Shown piece by piece: positions 20,589-30,690 of a DNA stretch of 64,000 nucleotides. Numbering within the stretch: position 1 is the stretch's first letter; every line of letters begins with the position of its first letter. Origin of the DNA: an uncultured cyanobacterium (GTDB lineage: Bacteria; Cyanobacteriota; Cyanobacteriia; Pseudanabaenales; Pseudanabaenaceae); contig OY969811.1 in the NCBI GenBank assembly GCA_963703315.1, forward strand, positions 4,416,001-4,480,000, given 5' to 3'. The position numbers were made by a program, and so were the translations under genes. The notes under the pieces were generated by a model that was given only the letters and a program-made list of their open reading frames with translations, did not search any database and had not been told where the DNA came from.

Positions 20589-21470
20589 ATGCATAAAGCT
20601 ACGGGGCTACAATATGGCGATTGGGATTTTCAGGGATGGCGATCGCATTATGGATTTTGTCCAGCGCAAAATATTGATCGTAATAAGCCACCGATCCTGT
20701 TAATTCATGGTTTTGGCGCAGCGATCGATCATTGGCGCGGTAACATACCTGCCTTAGCCCAAGACCATGATGTATATGCGATCGATTTACTAGGATTTGG
20801 CGGATCAGAGAAACCAGCGATCGCCTATTCGATCTATTTATGGGTAGAACAGGTGTTGAGTTTTTGGCAAAAATTTATTGGTGTGCCAATGGTGATCGTT
20901 GGTAACTCCATCGGAGCTTTAGTAGCCGCGATCGCCGCCAGTCATCATCCCCAAATTGCGGCGGGAGTCGCTACCCTGAGCTTGCCAGATATTGAGGCTT
21001 TTCAGAACTTAGTTCCCAAATGGCTTCAGCCTTTGGAACGCGCTGTCAAGGCGATCGTTAACGTCTTGCTAGTCAGACCTCTATTCTATCTCTTCCGTCA
21101 ACCTTGGATGATTCGCTTCGTTCTCAAAGCGATCGTTTATAGCGATCATCGCCGTGTGGATGATGAGCTAGTGGAAATCATTGCCAAACCTGCCCGCGAT
21201 CGCCAAGCCGCCTCAGCCTTTGTCAGTCTCAATCGCAGTCTCAATCAACCAAATTATTCACCTAGCCTAACGCAGGCTCTTTCAAATCTACAAGTTCCAT
21301 TATTGATTTTATGGGGTAGTCGCGATCGCTTAATCCCTCCATCAGAAGGTAAGCGCTTAGTCCAATATGCTCCTGATGCCACGCTCATCTATTTGGAGGG
21401 ATTGGGACATTGCGCCCATGACGAAAATCCTGAGATTTTTAATCACGAAATTCTGAGGTGGCTAGCATAA
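20589..21470 (+). CDS. Alpha/beta fold hydrolase
   Basis: 'LIHGFGA', 'DLLGFGGS', 'GNSIG', 'GHCAHDE'. Confidence 0.92.
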   Translation: MHKATGLQYGDWDFQGWRSHYGFCPAQNIDRNKPPILLIHGFGAAIDHWRGNIPALAQDHDVYAIDLLGFGGSEKPAIAYSIYLWVEQVLSFWQKFIGVPMVIVGNSIGALVAAIAASHHPQIAAGVATLSLPDIEAFQNLVPKWLQPLERAVKAIVNVLLVRPLFYLFRQPWMIRFVLKAIVYSDHRRVDDELVEIIAKPARDRQAASAFVSLNRSLNQPNYSPSLTQALSNLQVPLLILWGSRDRLIPPSEGKRLVQYAPDATLIYLEGLGHCAHDENPEIFNHEILRWLA

Positions 21471-21485
21471 GCCCCAAGCATTAAT

Positions 21486-21559
21486 GTAGCGTTTGAGCAT
21501 TTGCGCCACTATTTCTCAACTTCCCACTAAAATCTCCATCTGCAAATGCTCAACCCTTT
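21486..21559. repeat. GTAG-headed REP-like element (copy 1)
   Basis: 74-bp homolog at 35196..35269; arms gagcatttgc / gcaaatgctc. Confidence 0.75.
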
Positions 21560-21719
21560 TAGCTTTGAATTAATCTCACTAGCTAAACCAAACCTTTAGT
21601 TTTTCTTGAGCTTTTTTTATATTCTGGCTTAATATGAGCAGTAACTATTGAATAACTAATTGTTTTTGATAATATTTCAATTCCAAATTATATACGATCA
21701 AAACAAATACTTTTATCGC

Positions 21720-21759
21720 TGTCAAACCTAGACTTATTATTGATTGGGAAGTAGGCGAT
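21720..21759 (+). repeat. Cassette-boundary direct repeat R1
   Basis: TGTCAAACCTAGACTTATTATTGATTGGGAAGTAGGCGAT. Confidence 0.85.
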
Positions 21760-21765
21760 ATGTAT

Positions 21766-22137
21766 TTATAGCTTTGTCTGATGACGCGCTATCTCTAAAA
21801 GCACTTGATCTAGACTTGGTTCAGCGCTGTCTATAATATTCTCTCCATCATGCTTGTGATGTGGAAAAGTAGAAACATTTGCATGGTGAGGAGCGTTATC
21901 ATAGCGAAAAATCATTACCTGATCTTCATTCATGTAGTGATATCGATATTTTATTTTATTCAAGATTTCAACATTCTTGACTTCTACAAAATCTAAGCGA
22001 TGATTATTCTCAAAAATAATTGAACCGCTAATATATCCCTGCAAAATATTGTAGATTTTCTTAGTCAACGAGACAAAACGCACATTAGGAAACTCTTTAA
22101 TAATCCCTTCAAGCTGTGCAAAATACTCTTCAATCAT
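21766..22137 (-). CDS. DUF6516/TumE-like putative toxin
   Basis: 'KYRYHY...IFRYDNAPHH..VSTFPHHKH'; start overlaps upstream gene stop (ATGA). Confidence 0.8.
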   Translation of the reverse strand: MIEEYFAQLEGIIKEFPNVRFVSLTKKIYNILQGYISGSIIFENNHRLDFVEVKNVEILNKIKYRYHYMNEDQVMIFRYDNAPHHANVSTFPHHKHDGENIIDSAEPSLDQVLLEIARHQTKL

Positions 22138-22442
22138 CTTAGTTCGCTAAGCTGGGCTTGATTTTGACAAAGCATTTCATACAATCCCGCCCAAATCATA
22201 AAATCTGCTTCATCTTCTAAAAGCCCATCTGAGAAACTTTTGTAAAACTCAGCAGATGTCATATTATACTTTCTTTCAAAATCATCTAATTCCAGCCGTA
22301 GATTTAGAATTCCCTTTTGTAATTCAGAAACTTGGTAAGCAATAATATTTAGGGCAAATACTTCTGTATTTTTAACTTGGCTAAGGATTTTTTTTAATCT
22401 TCGTTCTGTTTGTGGCTGCACAGATAGCTGAAAATCCAACAT
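22134..22442 (-). CDS. Putative antitoxin (TumA-like)
   Basis: 'LDDFERKYNMTSAEFY...G..EDEADFMIW'; coupled upstream of the DUF6516 gene. Confidence 0.7.
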   Translation of the reverse strand: MLDFQLSVQPQTERRLKKILSQVKNTEVFALNIIAYQVSELQKGILNLRLELDDFERKYNMTSAEFYKSFSDGLLEDEADFMIWAGLYEMLCQNQAQLSELR

Positions 22443-22501
22443 ATTAATCTCTGGCTCCCTATTTGTTAATAAATACTACTGTGAGTATAACAAATAAACT
22501 C

Positions 22502-22546
22502 TGTCAAACCTAGTTCTAGTATTACTTGAGATGTAGGCGATCGCCT
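22502..22546 (+). repeat. Cassette-boundary direct repeat R2
   Basis: TGTCAAACCTAGTTCTAGTATTACTTGAGATGTAGGCGATCGCCT. Confidence 0.85.
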
Positions 22547-22621
22547 GAAAAATGAAGTGACTAGCGATCGCCATGATTTAAAAAAGCTAAAATAACAGCA
22601 CCCCTCTATATTTACTTGACC

Positions 22622-22930
22622 ATGAACGAACTGAAAATCTTTACTGAATACCCCGATCGCGCGATAGAGATCCTCCAAAAAACAATCCGTGCTGAAATCC
22701 TGCGAATGGAACAGGGAAAAAAACAGATAGAACAAAAATTAAAAACATTCGAGCAGAAATATCAAATCTCCTCTCGTGAATTTGTCATCTCTTGGACAGC
22801 CGATAATCTAGAAGGCAAAGACTTAGAATATGTCGAATGGTTTGGTGAATATCGCTGTTTAGAAAATATTACTCAAGACTTACAGATTCTCCTAAGCTTA
22901 CAAAATATTAGTCAAAATGTCAGTATTTAG
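22622..22930 (+). CDS. Putative antitoxin (TumA-like)
   Basis: 'LKTFEQKYQISSREF...DLEYVEW'; overlaps downstream toxin gene. Confidence 0.7.
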   Translation: MNELKIFTEYPDRAIEILQKTIRAEILRMEQGKKQIEQKLKTFEQKYQISSREFVISWTADNLEGKDLEYVEWFGEYRCLENITQDLQILLSLQNISQNVSI

Positions 22931-23303
22931 CTATTTTCAGGACTTAGTTCTTGCAGTTTCTCGGCTAGAAGATTACGGCTTAGCCAAAACAATTACATCC
23001 AATAGCGAATCTCGTCCATCAGGTGAACTCTTTATTAATATCAAAGCAGAGCTAATTGATAACTCTATACTTTTTATTCGAGAATACATTTCCGATCAAC
23101 AGGAACAGATCGAACATTTCAGCTATGCCTACCAATATCAAGCGGCAGATGAAAGCCTAATTTTTCGTTACGATAATGCTGCTCACAAACCACCGCTATC
23201 GGACAAAGAACATAAACACCTACAGAATGGAGAAATCATCGTTTATCCACTCCCAAGTATCGAATTGATAATTGACGAGATTTTAGCTTGGTTAACAACC
23301 TGA
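22917..23303 (+). CDS. DUF6516/TumE-like putative toxin
   Basis: 'YAYQYQ...LIFRYDNAAHK...HKH'. Confidence 0.8.
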   Translation: MSVFSYFQDLVLAVSRLEDYGLAKTITSNSESRPSGELFINIKAELIDNSILFIREYISDQQEQIEHFSYAYQYQAADESLIFRYDNAAHKPPLSDKEHKHLQNGEIIVYPLPSIELIIDEILAWLTT

Positions 23304-23318
23304 TCAATTAGACTTAGA

Positions 23319-23363
23319 TGTCAAACCTAGAGCTAGTATTGATTGGAAAGTGAGCGATCGCCT
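23319..23363 (+). repeat. Cassette-boundary direct repeat R3
   Basis: TGTCAAACCTAGAGCTAGTATTGATTGGAAAGTGAGCGATCGCCT. Confidence 0.85.
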
Positions 23364-23490
23364 AATGCACGAAAAAGTTGGCGAAGGTAAAGTCCTGAAT
23401 TTATCAGGTACAGAAAATAACACGAAGCGCTGAATAATTTATTTCATGTTATCTTCATGGTGGTATCTCCCCGATAGAGCTAAACTCGAC

Positions 23491-25173
23491 ATGAAATATC
23501 TCATAGACGCGATCGCCAATATCTCTCGCCAACTAGTTCCTCGATCTGCGGCTTTAATGATTTTACTGAGTGCGATTGGTGGATGGGCGATCGTCAAGCC
23601 TAGTGAAGCCGCCGAAACTGTCAATTTTCGCTTTAATATTTTTGAAGTCTCAGTTTCCGTTGATGACTTGGAAACCTTTTCTAAAACTGGGGAATTGCGC
23701 GGCGCATTGGATATGGCATCACGGTATATTTCTGCGTCAGATATGGCAACCTTTCGACGGATCTTGACAGAGAGAGCCAATGTTCCCATATCTTTATTGT
23801 CTAGATTTCTCTACACATCTCAAGGAGAAAGATCCCTAGATATTTTAGGAGACTTTATCAAAACAGGACCGACTCTATCAGGTAATCGAGCTATTCGCGC
23901 CGCCGCAGTTTTGGCGACCGCCGATAAGCAGAATGGTTTATCTTTACTCAACTTTTTACGGAAATTCCCCACATCCGATATCTACTTTGATATTCAAGCA
24001 GGACTGCAAACTGTTGGTGAATTAAGTGATTTACTTCAGAATACTCAAAGAACTGTCCAATTGGTCAATGACGAGGCTACAAAACAAGCCACTGCTACAC
24101 CAGCGCCTACACCAATTGAGTTAGCTGATTTACGGGAGAAAGGGAGCTTGCAATGGGATCGCTATAGCCTCAAAGCCCCTGCCCTAAATAATAAATATGA
24201 GATTCCGTTCTATTTATTTATTCCCAAATTTGCTAATACAAATGTAACTAATATTCCTACGATCGTGATCTATCCTGGACTCATCTCGAATCGTGAACCA
24301 TTACTCTATCTTGCCGAGCATCTAGCTTCCTACGGTTTTGCCGTGATCCTAACGGTTTCGCCTAATAGTAGTGAGGAACAATTAGATAAATTGATTATTG
24401 GGGCGGCGACTGAAATTGCACCACCAGAGAGCTTTGTTGAGCGTCCGCAAGATATCACGGCGGTTCTCAACTATCTAGAAAAGTCGCCACAAGTCGATAA
24501 TCCTGCTAGCTCTAAGATTAATTGGAAGAACGTGGGTATAGTTGGTCATTCCTTTGGCGGTTATGCGGCGCTAGCGTTGGTAAGTGATGCCCAGATTCAG
24601 TTTGCAGATTTACAGGAAGCTTGTCAGGGGAAATATAAATGGAATGCTTCGCTATTACTGCAATGTGTAGCTCTAGGATTGCCCAATCAGACCTATAAGT
24701 TAGGAGATCCGCGTATTACCGCCGCGATCGCTGTTAATCCTGTGACTAGTCATGTATTAGGCAAGTCGATGTTGAGTAAAATTACTGCACCGATCGCCCT
24801 AGTAGCAAGTTCCGATGATACGTTTGCCCCTGCGGTCGCTGAGCAAATTGTACCGTTTACATGGTTGACTAGCGCTAATCGCTATTTGGTCTTACTAAAT
24901 CGCGCAGGACATACGGCAGTGACCGCAATTACATCCAGCGATCGCCTGAGTCCTGAAGTCAGCAGTGTGTTAGCAGGACCAAATCCGATCGCCTCACAGG
25001 ACTACCTCAAATTACTAAGTGTGGCTTTTTTCAAAACCCATCTAGTGCAGGAATCTAGCTATGCGAACTATCTGACTCCCGCCTATTTTGCGAACATCTC
25101 AACGCAATCAGCGCAAGTGAGTTTGTTGCGATCGCTCAGCATTGAACAAATCAATGTAGCGATCGGTAATTGA
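23491..25173 (+). CDS. DUF1400-domain alpha/beta hydrolase, exported (start could be 23446)
   Basis: Signal 'SEAAETV', 'SVSVDDLETFSKTG', 'AEHLASYGF', 'GHSFGGY'. Confidence 0.85.
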   Translation: MKYLIDAIANISRQLVPRSAALMILLSAIGGWAIVKPSEAAETVNFRFNIFEVSVSVDDLETFSKTGELRGALDMASRYISASDMATFRRILTERANVPISLLSRFLYTSQGERSLDILGDFIKTGPTLSGNRAIRAAAVLATADKQNGLSLLNFLRKFPTSDIYFDIQAGLQTVGELSDLLQNTQRTVQLVNDEATKQATATPAPTPIELADLREKGSLQWDRYSLKAPALNNKYEIPFYLFIPKFANTNVTNIPTIVIYPGLISNREPLLYLAEHLASYGFAVILTVSPNSSEEQLDKLIIGAATEIAPPESFVERPQDITAVLNYLEKSPQVDNPASSKINWKNVGIVGHSFGGYAALALVSDAQIQFADLQEACQGKYKWNASLLLQCVALGLPNQTYKLGDPRITAAIAVNPVTSHVLGKSMLSKITAPIALVASSDDTFAPAVAEQIVPFTWLTSANRYLVLLNRAGHTAVTAITSSDRLSPEVSSVLAGPNPIASQDYLKLLSVAFFKTHLVQESSYANYLTPAYFANISTQSAQVSLLRSLSIEQINVAIGN

Positions 25174-25210
25174 GTAGAAGTAGCGCTTTTAGCGCTACTT
25201 CTAGTTGATT

Positions 25211-25666
25211 CTATCGGACAACACCAACTTTGCCAGATTCCATAATCGGATGAAACCAATGGGGACGCATGAGCATTACGGTGTCAATGACATGAATAAT
25301 GCCATTATCTGCTTCAATATCAGCCGCAATTACCGTAGCATTATTTGCCTCAAAGCCGTCATCGGAAATATCTATATCGATTTGGGAACCTTCTAGAGAA
25401 GTAAGAGATTTAAGACCAATCAAATCCTCCTTCTTATATCTTCCTGCAACTACGTGATAGGTCAAGATCCTTGATAGTTGGGGAATGTTCTGAACAAGCG
25501 TTGTAATTGTACCAGCAGGGAGTTTTGCAAAGGCAGCATCATTGGGAGCGAATACGGTAAAAGGACCTGGACTTTGTAAGGCTTCCACTAAGCTTGCCGC
25601 CGTGACTGCGGTGACTAAAGTCGAGAATCCTTCATTATTAACGGCAATATCAACAATTGTGGTCAT
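25211..25666 (-). CDS. cupS: Fasciclin-domain protein CupS
   Basis: '[13 protein letters not shown]', 'ILTYHVV', 'NGIIHVID'; last gene of the ndhF3 operon. Confidence 0.88.
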   Translation of the reverse strand: MTTIVDIAVNNEGFSTLVTAVTAASLVEALQSPGPFTVFAPNDAAFAKLPAGTITTLVQNIPQLSRILTYHVVAGRYKKEDLIGLKSLTSLEGSQIDIDISDDGFEANNATVIAADIEADNGIIHVIDTVMLMRPHWFHPIMESGKVGVVR

Positions 25667-25687
25667 AGTTAGTTCCTGAATAATTTA

Positions 25688-25727
25688 CTCCCTCGCCTTG
25701 CGGGAGAGGGGGCTGGGGGGTGAGGGC
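25688..25727. repeat. C/G-run REP-like element between cupA and cupS
   Basis: ctccctcgccttgcgggagagggggctggggggtgagggc. Confidence 0.6.
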
Positions 25728-25748
25728 AGATCTTCGCGCCACAAATAC

Positions 25749-27065
25749 TTAACGATAGTTTTGATCTTGAATCATGGTGATTCTAGCTGCCTTATCCATG
25801 CCATATTTAGGGTTACAAAAACGATTTAACTGTCCCTCAAAATAATGGCGATTGGCTAAGAGATGTTTAGGATTAGGATCATCGAGAGGATAAAGAAAAG
25901 CAGCTCGACCTGCCTGAATTACCGCCGAAGTGACGTTATACATTGATCGCTGAAAACTCACAGCTAATTGAATCAGCGTATCATCTTCACCACGACAGAA
26001 TTGTTTGTAATAGTCCACCAGATATTGCGGCAAGAAGTGGTACATATCTTGATGCAATAGAGTCGGCGGAATCCCTGCGGAGCCTACGGGGAATTTGTCA
26101 GCGTAGAGAATTCCGTAATGAAAATCATTTTGATCGGTGGGAATTTCATTGGCTTGGGCATTGTAGGACTTAGTGCCTCGGAATGGCGAAGTACGATAGA
26201 AAACTGCCTCAACGTATGGGAAAGCAGCTTCATAGAGCCAAGTAAATCCTTTGGATTTCGGCACAATATCAATCCATTCACCACCAATATTGACACGATG
26301 ATAGATAGGACGACCTGCGATCGCAAAGATACCATTTACCAAAAAGTCCATCGCATCAGGAACGCCTTTAAATCCGCCTTCATCATAAATATCGGACATC
26401 TCGAAGAATACGGGAGCCATGATTTCCCAGAATAGCCCCAATACGGAAGTCATCGTCGATTGCCGACATTGCTCTAAAAACATTTCAGGGAAAAGCTTAT
26501 ACAGTCCCAACATCACAGGATTGTTTTTAAAGAAAGCACGAATCGCGCGATCGCAGTTTTGGCGATATTCCTCAGAATCCATATAAGGCTCTAACTCACC
26601 GCCCATATTTCGATGCCACAGCATGGCTCGCATACATTCTTCAGCGAATTCCATATTGATGCGATCGTGATACAGATGATGGAAGATTTTGGGAATCTTG
26701 GTTTTAAGCTCTCCCTTTTCCATAAATTCCAATAACTCAGGGTGTGCGGTCGCCTGACCACGCCAGAACCGAAGGTCTGCGTCATCACCTGCATAGTGAT
26801 TAGGCAGATCGAGATATTCCTGAGATATAAAATATTTGAAAGCAGGAATTGGCTCTAGAAAAACCTGTTCAGCGATATACAGCAAATCTCGCCAATAAAA
26901 ATCCATCGGCACGGCATAGGCTTTATAAAGCCCAATTATTTGCATCAGGTTTTCGGGAGTATCGGGCAGCATCGATCCGCCAGCCTCTAAACGATGGATC
27001 ACCTCCGCATAGGGATGAGTGGAGGGTGGTAGTTTTGTGTCTAGTTCTGTTAATGTAGCAGTCAT
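25749..27065 (-). CDS. cupA: CO2 hydration protein CupA (ChpY)
   Basis: 'HRLEAGGSMLPDTPENLMQIIG', 'HDRINMEFAE', 'PFRGTKSYNAQA', 'GIPPTLL'. Confidence 0.95.
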   Translation of the reverse strand: MTATLTELDTKLPPSTHPYAEVIHRLEAGGSMLPDTPENLMQIIGLYKAYAVPMDFYWRDLLYIAEQVFLEPIPAFKYFISQEYLDLPNHYAGDDADLRFWRGQATAHPELLEFMEKGELKTKIPKIFHHLYHDRINMEFAEECMRAMLWHRNMGGELEPYMDSEEYRQNCDRAIRAFFKNNPVMLGLYKLFPEMFLEQCRQSTMTSVLGLFWEIMAPVFFEMSDIYDEGGFKGVPDAMDFLVNGIFAIAGRPIYHRVNIGGEWIDIVPKSKGFTWLYEAAFPYVEAVFYRTSPFRGTKSYNAQANEIPTDQNDFHYGILYADKFPVGSAGIPPTLLHQDMYHFLPQYLVDYYKQFCRGEDDTLIQLAVSFQRSMYNVTSAVIQAGRAAFLYPLDDPNPKHLLANRHYFEGQLNRFCNPKYGMDKAARITMIQDQNYR

Positions 27066-27068
27066 GGT

Positions 27069-28580
27069 TTATACCTCTGGATTAGATTTTAGATTTTTGT
27101 TAGCAATGACTTCTATCGGTAGGCGATCGCTAATCTGCACAGTTGCTTTTTCGCTCCATCGGGTTAACCATGTGGGTTGAATGCCCAAAAATACAATGAT
27201 TCCCGTCAAAATCAAGGCTGGCAAATGCTCTAGTCCACTTACTTTAGGGTAATAAGCCGTAGCATTGTCTAATTTGCCGAAACAGGTACGATTGAGAAGA
27301 ATAACGAAATAAACGGCGGTTAAACCTGTGCCAATAATCGCAAAGATTGTAGGAATAGGGAACTTGGTAAAACTACCTTGAAAGACTAGAAATTCAGCAA
27401 TAAAACCAACTAATCCAGGAATACCCGCGCTTGCCATGCCTCCCAAAATTAATAGGGCGCTCGTCGTAGGTAACCCACGCAAAGGATTTAAAAGTCCATT
27501 GAGAACGTCTAAATCTCTTGTGCCGACTTTCTCTTCGATGACACCAACGAGATAGAACAATAGAGCTAAAACCAAACCGTGACTGACCATTTGGGCAATC
27601 CCTCCGACGAGGCTGAGGGGTGTGGCGGCGGCGGCGGCTAAGAGAATATAGCTCATGTGACCGATGGAACTATAGGCCACCATCCGCTTGATATCTTTTT
27701 GGGCGATCGCAATCATCGTTCCATACAAAATCCCTAAACCTGCCCACACAGCGATGTAGGGAGATAGTAGCGACCATGCATCGGGAAATAAACCAACACA
27801 AAATCGAAATAGTCCATAGGTTCCTAATTTGGCAACGATACCACCTAGCATCATGACGGTGGGTGTAGTGGATTCTACATAGGTATCAGGGAGCCAAGTA
27901 TGGAAAGGGACGAAGGGTGCTTTGATGCTAAATCCTAATAAAAGAACGATCAGGAGCGTAATTTGAATTTCTAAAGGTAATGAGATCGTTTGGAGGGTGG
28001 AATAGTCGAAGATGGGGGTGGGGTTAGCAGTGAGCCATCCTAAAGCTAAAAATCCAACTAAAATGAGAATGCCTGAAATGGCTGTAAAGATCAGGAATTT
28101 CATCGCGGCATAGCTACGCTGTGCGCCTCCCCAGACTGCGATTACGAGATATAGGGGGATTAATTCGATCTCATAGAAAAGTACGAATAATAGGGTGTTG
28201 GTGGAAAGGATTGCGCCGCTCACGCCTGCGTGAATCAAGAGCATTAATACTTGGAATAGTTGAGAACGCTCTTTAATTTGGCGTTCACAAAAACAAATAA
28301 TCAACCAAGTGAGTAAGCCATTGAGAACAACTAGGGGCAAGGAGAGTCCATCTACGCCGAGGCTATAGTTTAGCCCCAAATTTTCCAGCCAAGGCAGATT
28401 TTCCGTCAGTTGGAAAGCAGGGAGATTAGTGTCAAATTGTCGCAAAAGCAAGAAATCGAGGATGAGAACCGCACTAGAGACGATCGCTGCTCCGCGTTTA
28501 GAGAGATGTTGTGGTAGCAGGGCGATCGCTAAAGCACCAATTACTGGCAACCAAATTAAAGCACTGAGGATATTGGGCAT
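27069..28580 (-). CDS. ndhD3: NDH-1 subunit D3 (NuoM-like)
   Basis: 'LGVDGLSLP', 'PFHTWLPD', 'KRMVAYSSIGHM', 'GLLNPLRGLP'; operon context. Confidence 0.93.
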   Translation of the reverse strand: MPNILSALIWLPVIGALAIALLPQHLSKRGAAIVSSAVLILDFLLLRQFDTNLPAFQLTENLPWLENLGLNYSLGVDGLSLPLVVLNGLLTWLIICFCERQIKERSQLFQVLMLLIHAGVSGAILSTNTLLFVLFYEIELIPLYLVIAVWGGAQRSYAAMKFLIFTAISGILILVGFLALGWLTANPTPIFDYSTLQTISLPLEIQITLLIVLLLGFSIKAPFVPFHTWLPDTYVESTTPTVMMLGGIVAKLGTYGLFRFCVGLFPDAWSLLSPYIAVWAGLGILYGTMIAIAQKDIKRMVAYSSIGHMSYILLAAAAATPLSLVGGIAQMVSHGLVLALLFYLVGVIEEKVGTRDLDVLNGLLNPLRGLPTTSALLILGGMASAGIPGLVGFIAEFLVFQGSFTKFPIPTIFAIIGTGLTAVYFVILLNRTCFGKLDNATAYYPKVSGLEHLPALILTGIIVFLGIQPTWLTRWSEKATVQISDRLPIEVIANKNLKSNPEV

Positions 28581-28632
28581 AGTTTTATTTGCACAGTTTT
28601 ATTTGCATAGTTTTTCAATGGGAAGTCCAGAT

Positions 28633-30468
28633 TTAAAGGGGACGATTGAACAACAACAATAGGAGGATGCCAATACCGACCAAGATCGTCAGGGTATAAA
28701 GTTGTAGCTGTCCAAAGGTGCTATAGCGCAGGTTTTGACCACTAAAGAGCGTGGCTAATCCAAAGAAATTGCCCACACCATCTACGAAAAAGCGATCGAA
28801 CCAATACATACTCCTTGATATGACAGCTACTAAGCCCACAATCGTGACCTTATAGAGTTTGGGAGTATAGAAGTCATAGGCAAAGAAGTTTTGCAGTCCT
28901 TGCCAAGGAAGTTGAATCGGCTTGGTCACTTTCTCATTGAGATGTAAATATCCACTTGTGGCTAGACCAACGATGCTGGAACCGATTAGCAGCAAAGCAT
29001 CGGGTTGGGTTAAGGCTGACCAGTCAGAGATAATTCCCCAAGCGGTGAATAACTGCGGAGTATGTAAAACTAGCCCTGCAAGGATGGTCATTGGGAGGAC
29101 GATTAGCCAGAGCGGTTCTACGGATCTTTCGGTCATCTGTTTGGGTTTACCGCCCCAAATCAGTCCAAAAACGCGCATTAAACTAAAAGCAATCAATCCA
29201 TTAATCAGTAGCAATAATTCTGCTAAAGGAGCATTCTTTTCCCAGAGATGGGAGATTAAATCTAACATTGCCCAGAATCCGCCAAAGGGAGGGAAACCAA
29301 TCAGCCCTAGCATTCCGATTAAGAAGCATATTCCAGTGATGGGACGGCGGCTCCATAGTCCACCGACTAAGGTGAGGTCTTGGGTAATGGTGTTAGAAAT
29401 GATGCTGCCAATGGACATTAGTAGTAAGGCGATCGCTAAGGCATGGGCAAAGATCAAAGTATAGGCACTATGGATTTCCCCGACACCAACGGCGATGAAG
29501 ATTAAACCCATAAAGGCACTAGTGAGATAGGACAGCGATCGCTTGACATCAATTTGAGCAATGGAGATTAAGACAGCTCCAAGGGCGGTGGCGGCTCCGA
29601 TCGCAATGACTGCTTGCTGAGTAAAGGGCGATAGGGCAATTAAAGGCTGTAGTTTAATCAGCACCCAAGCACCTGTTGCCACAATTACAGAATTACGCAA
29701 AATCGTACTAGGTAAAGGTCCCTCCATTGCTTCATCTAACCAAAGATGCAAGGGGAATTGAGCGCATTTACCCATAGGACCTACCATCAGAGCTAAGGTG
29801 ACTAGGGTAATGGTGGTTGGATTTACGTCTGTACTTTTCGCCCATTCCGCGAGTTCGCTAAAATTCCAAGTTCCAGTCAAAGGCAGTAAGCCAACGACAC
29901 CAACTAGGAGAAATAAGTCACCAACTCGCTTAGTTAAAAAGGCATCCCGCGCCCCTGAGACTACAAGGGATTGGTTGTACCAAATGCCCACGAGGAGATA
30001 GGTTCCGAGGGTGAGGATTTCGAGAATAACGTAGCTAAAAAAGAGAGAATCACAGATTACTAAGGAAGTCATCCCTGCCTCAAATAGAGCCAAGAGCGCA
30101 AAGAATCGCCCCCAAGCCCAATCCATCTCCATATACCCCACTGCATAAATTTGGGCGAGGAGATTTAGCCCTGTAATTAAAGCGATCGCTCCAATATTCA
30201 GATCAGAAATCTGTAAGTCAATGGTGAAATTTAGCCCACCGACAGCTAACCAAGGAAAAGATAACTCATAGGCTGGCTGTCCCCAAGCTACGGTCAAGGC
30301 GGCGATCGCATGAACAAAGGAGAAAAATGTCATCAAAATATTGACGTAGCCTGCTGGTCTTGGTCCCGTTTTGCGCGTAATCGCGGGAAACCAAATAATC
30401 GAGAGCATTGCCCCGATCAGGGAATAGCAGGGAATTAGCCAGATATTGTCCAGCCAGTTGTTTATCAT
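28633..30468 (-). CDS. ndhF3: NDH-1 subunit F3 (NuoL-like)
   Basis: 'RKTGPRPAGYVN', 'ARDAFLTKRVGD', 'KCAQFPLHLWLDEAMEGP'. Confidence 0.93.
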   Translation of the reverse strand: MINNWLDNIWLIPCYSLIGAMLSIIWFPAITRKTGPRPAGYVNILMTFFSFVHAIAALTVAWGQPAYELSFPWLAVGGLNFTIDLQISDLNIGAIALITGLNLLAQIYAVGYMEMDWAWGRFFALLALFEAGMTSLVICDSLFFSYVILEILTLGTYLLVGIWYNQSLVVSGARDAFLTKRVGDLFLLVGVVGLLPLTGTWNFSELAEWAKSTDVNPTTITLVTLALMVGPMGKCAQFPLHLWLDEAMEGPLPSTILRNSVIVATGAWVLIKLQPLIALSPFTQQAVIAIGAATALGAVLISIAQIDVKRSLSYLTSAFMGLIFIAVGVGEIHSAYTLIFAHALAIALLLMSIGSIISNTITQDLTLVGGLWSRRPITGICFLIGMLGLIGFPPFGGFWAMLDLISHLWEKNAPLAELLLLINGLIAFSLMRVFGLIWGGKPKQMTERSVEPLWLIVLPMTILAGLVLHTPQLFTAWGIISDWSALTQPDALLLIGSSIVGLATSGYLHLNEKVTKPIQLPWQGLQNFFAYDFYTPKLYKVTIVGLVAVISRSMYWFDRFFVDGVGNFFGLATLFSGQNLRYSTFGQLQLYTLTILVGIGILLLLLFNRPL

Positions 30469-30495
30469 ATAAACTCTATTGCTTTTTAAAAAACC

Positions 30496-30568
30496 ATAAT
30501 TAATTATCTATGATTATTGCAAATATATCTCTAAATGAAAATACTACTAATCATCAGTATTTATCTAT
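30496..30568. promoter_or_regulatory. Two candidate LysR-type (NdhR/CcmR) boxes upstream of ndhF3
   Basis: ATAA-N8-CTAT at 30496..30511 and ATCA-N8-CTAT at 30553..30568, resembling ATAG-N8-CTAT. Confidence 0.5.
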
Positions 30569-30690
30569 GAATACTATAAGAAAACACTACTATTACATTT
30601 TGTCAGGGCAATCAATCGCTACTAAATGTTATGCTTATTAAACAAATTTGTGATTTTTTCACAATATAAGCTTTTAACTAGCAAAAGTTT

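Noticed and set aside
22466..22735. 89-aa minus-strand ORF across repeat R2
   Set aside because: It is antisense to the second antitoxin, runs through HIP1 and repeat sequence, and has no family-like features.
21720..23363. CRISPR array or canonical integron attC / dif sites for the three repeats
   Set aside because: Spacers are ~780-820 bp gene pairs; the repeats are short for attC and lack complementary RYYYAAC/GTTRRRY ends; no XerC/D-like arms; no cas or integrase gene in the window.
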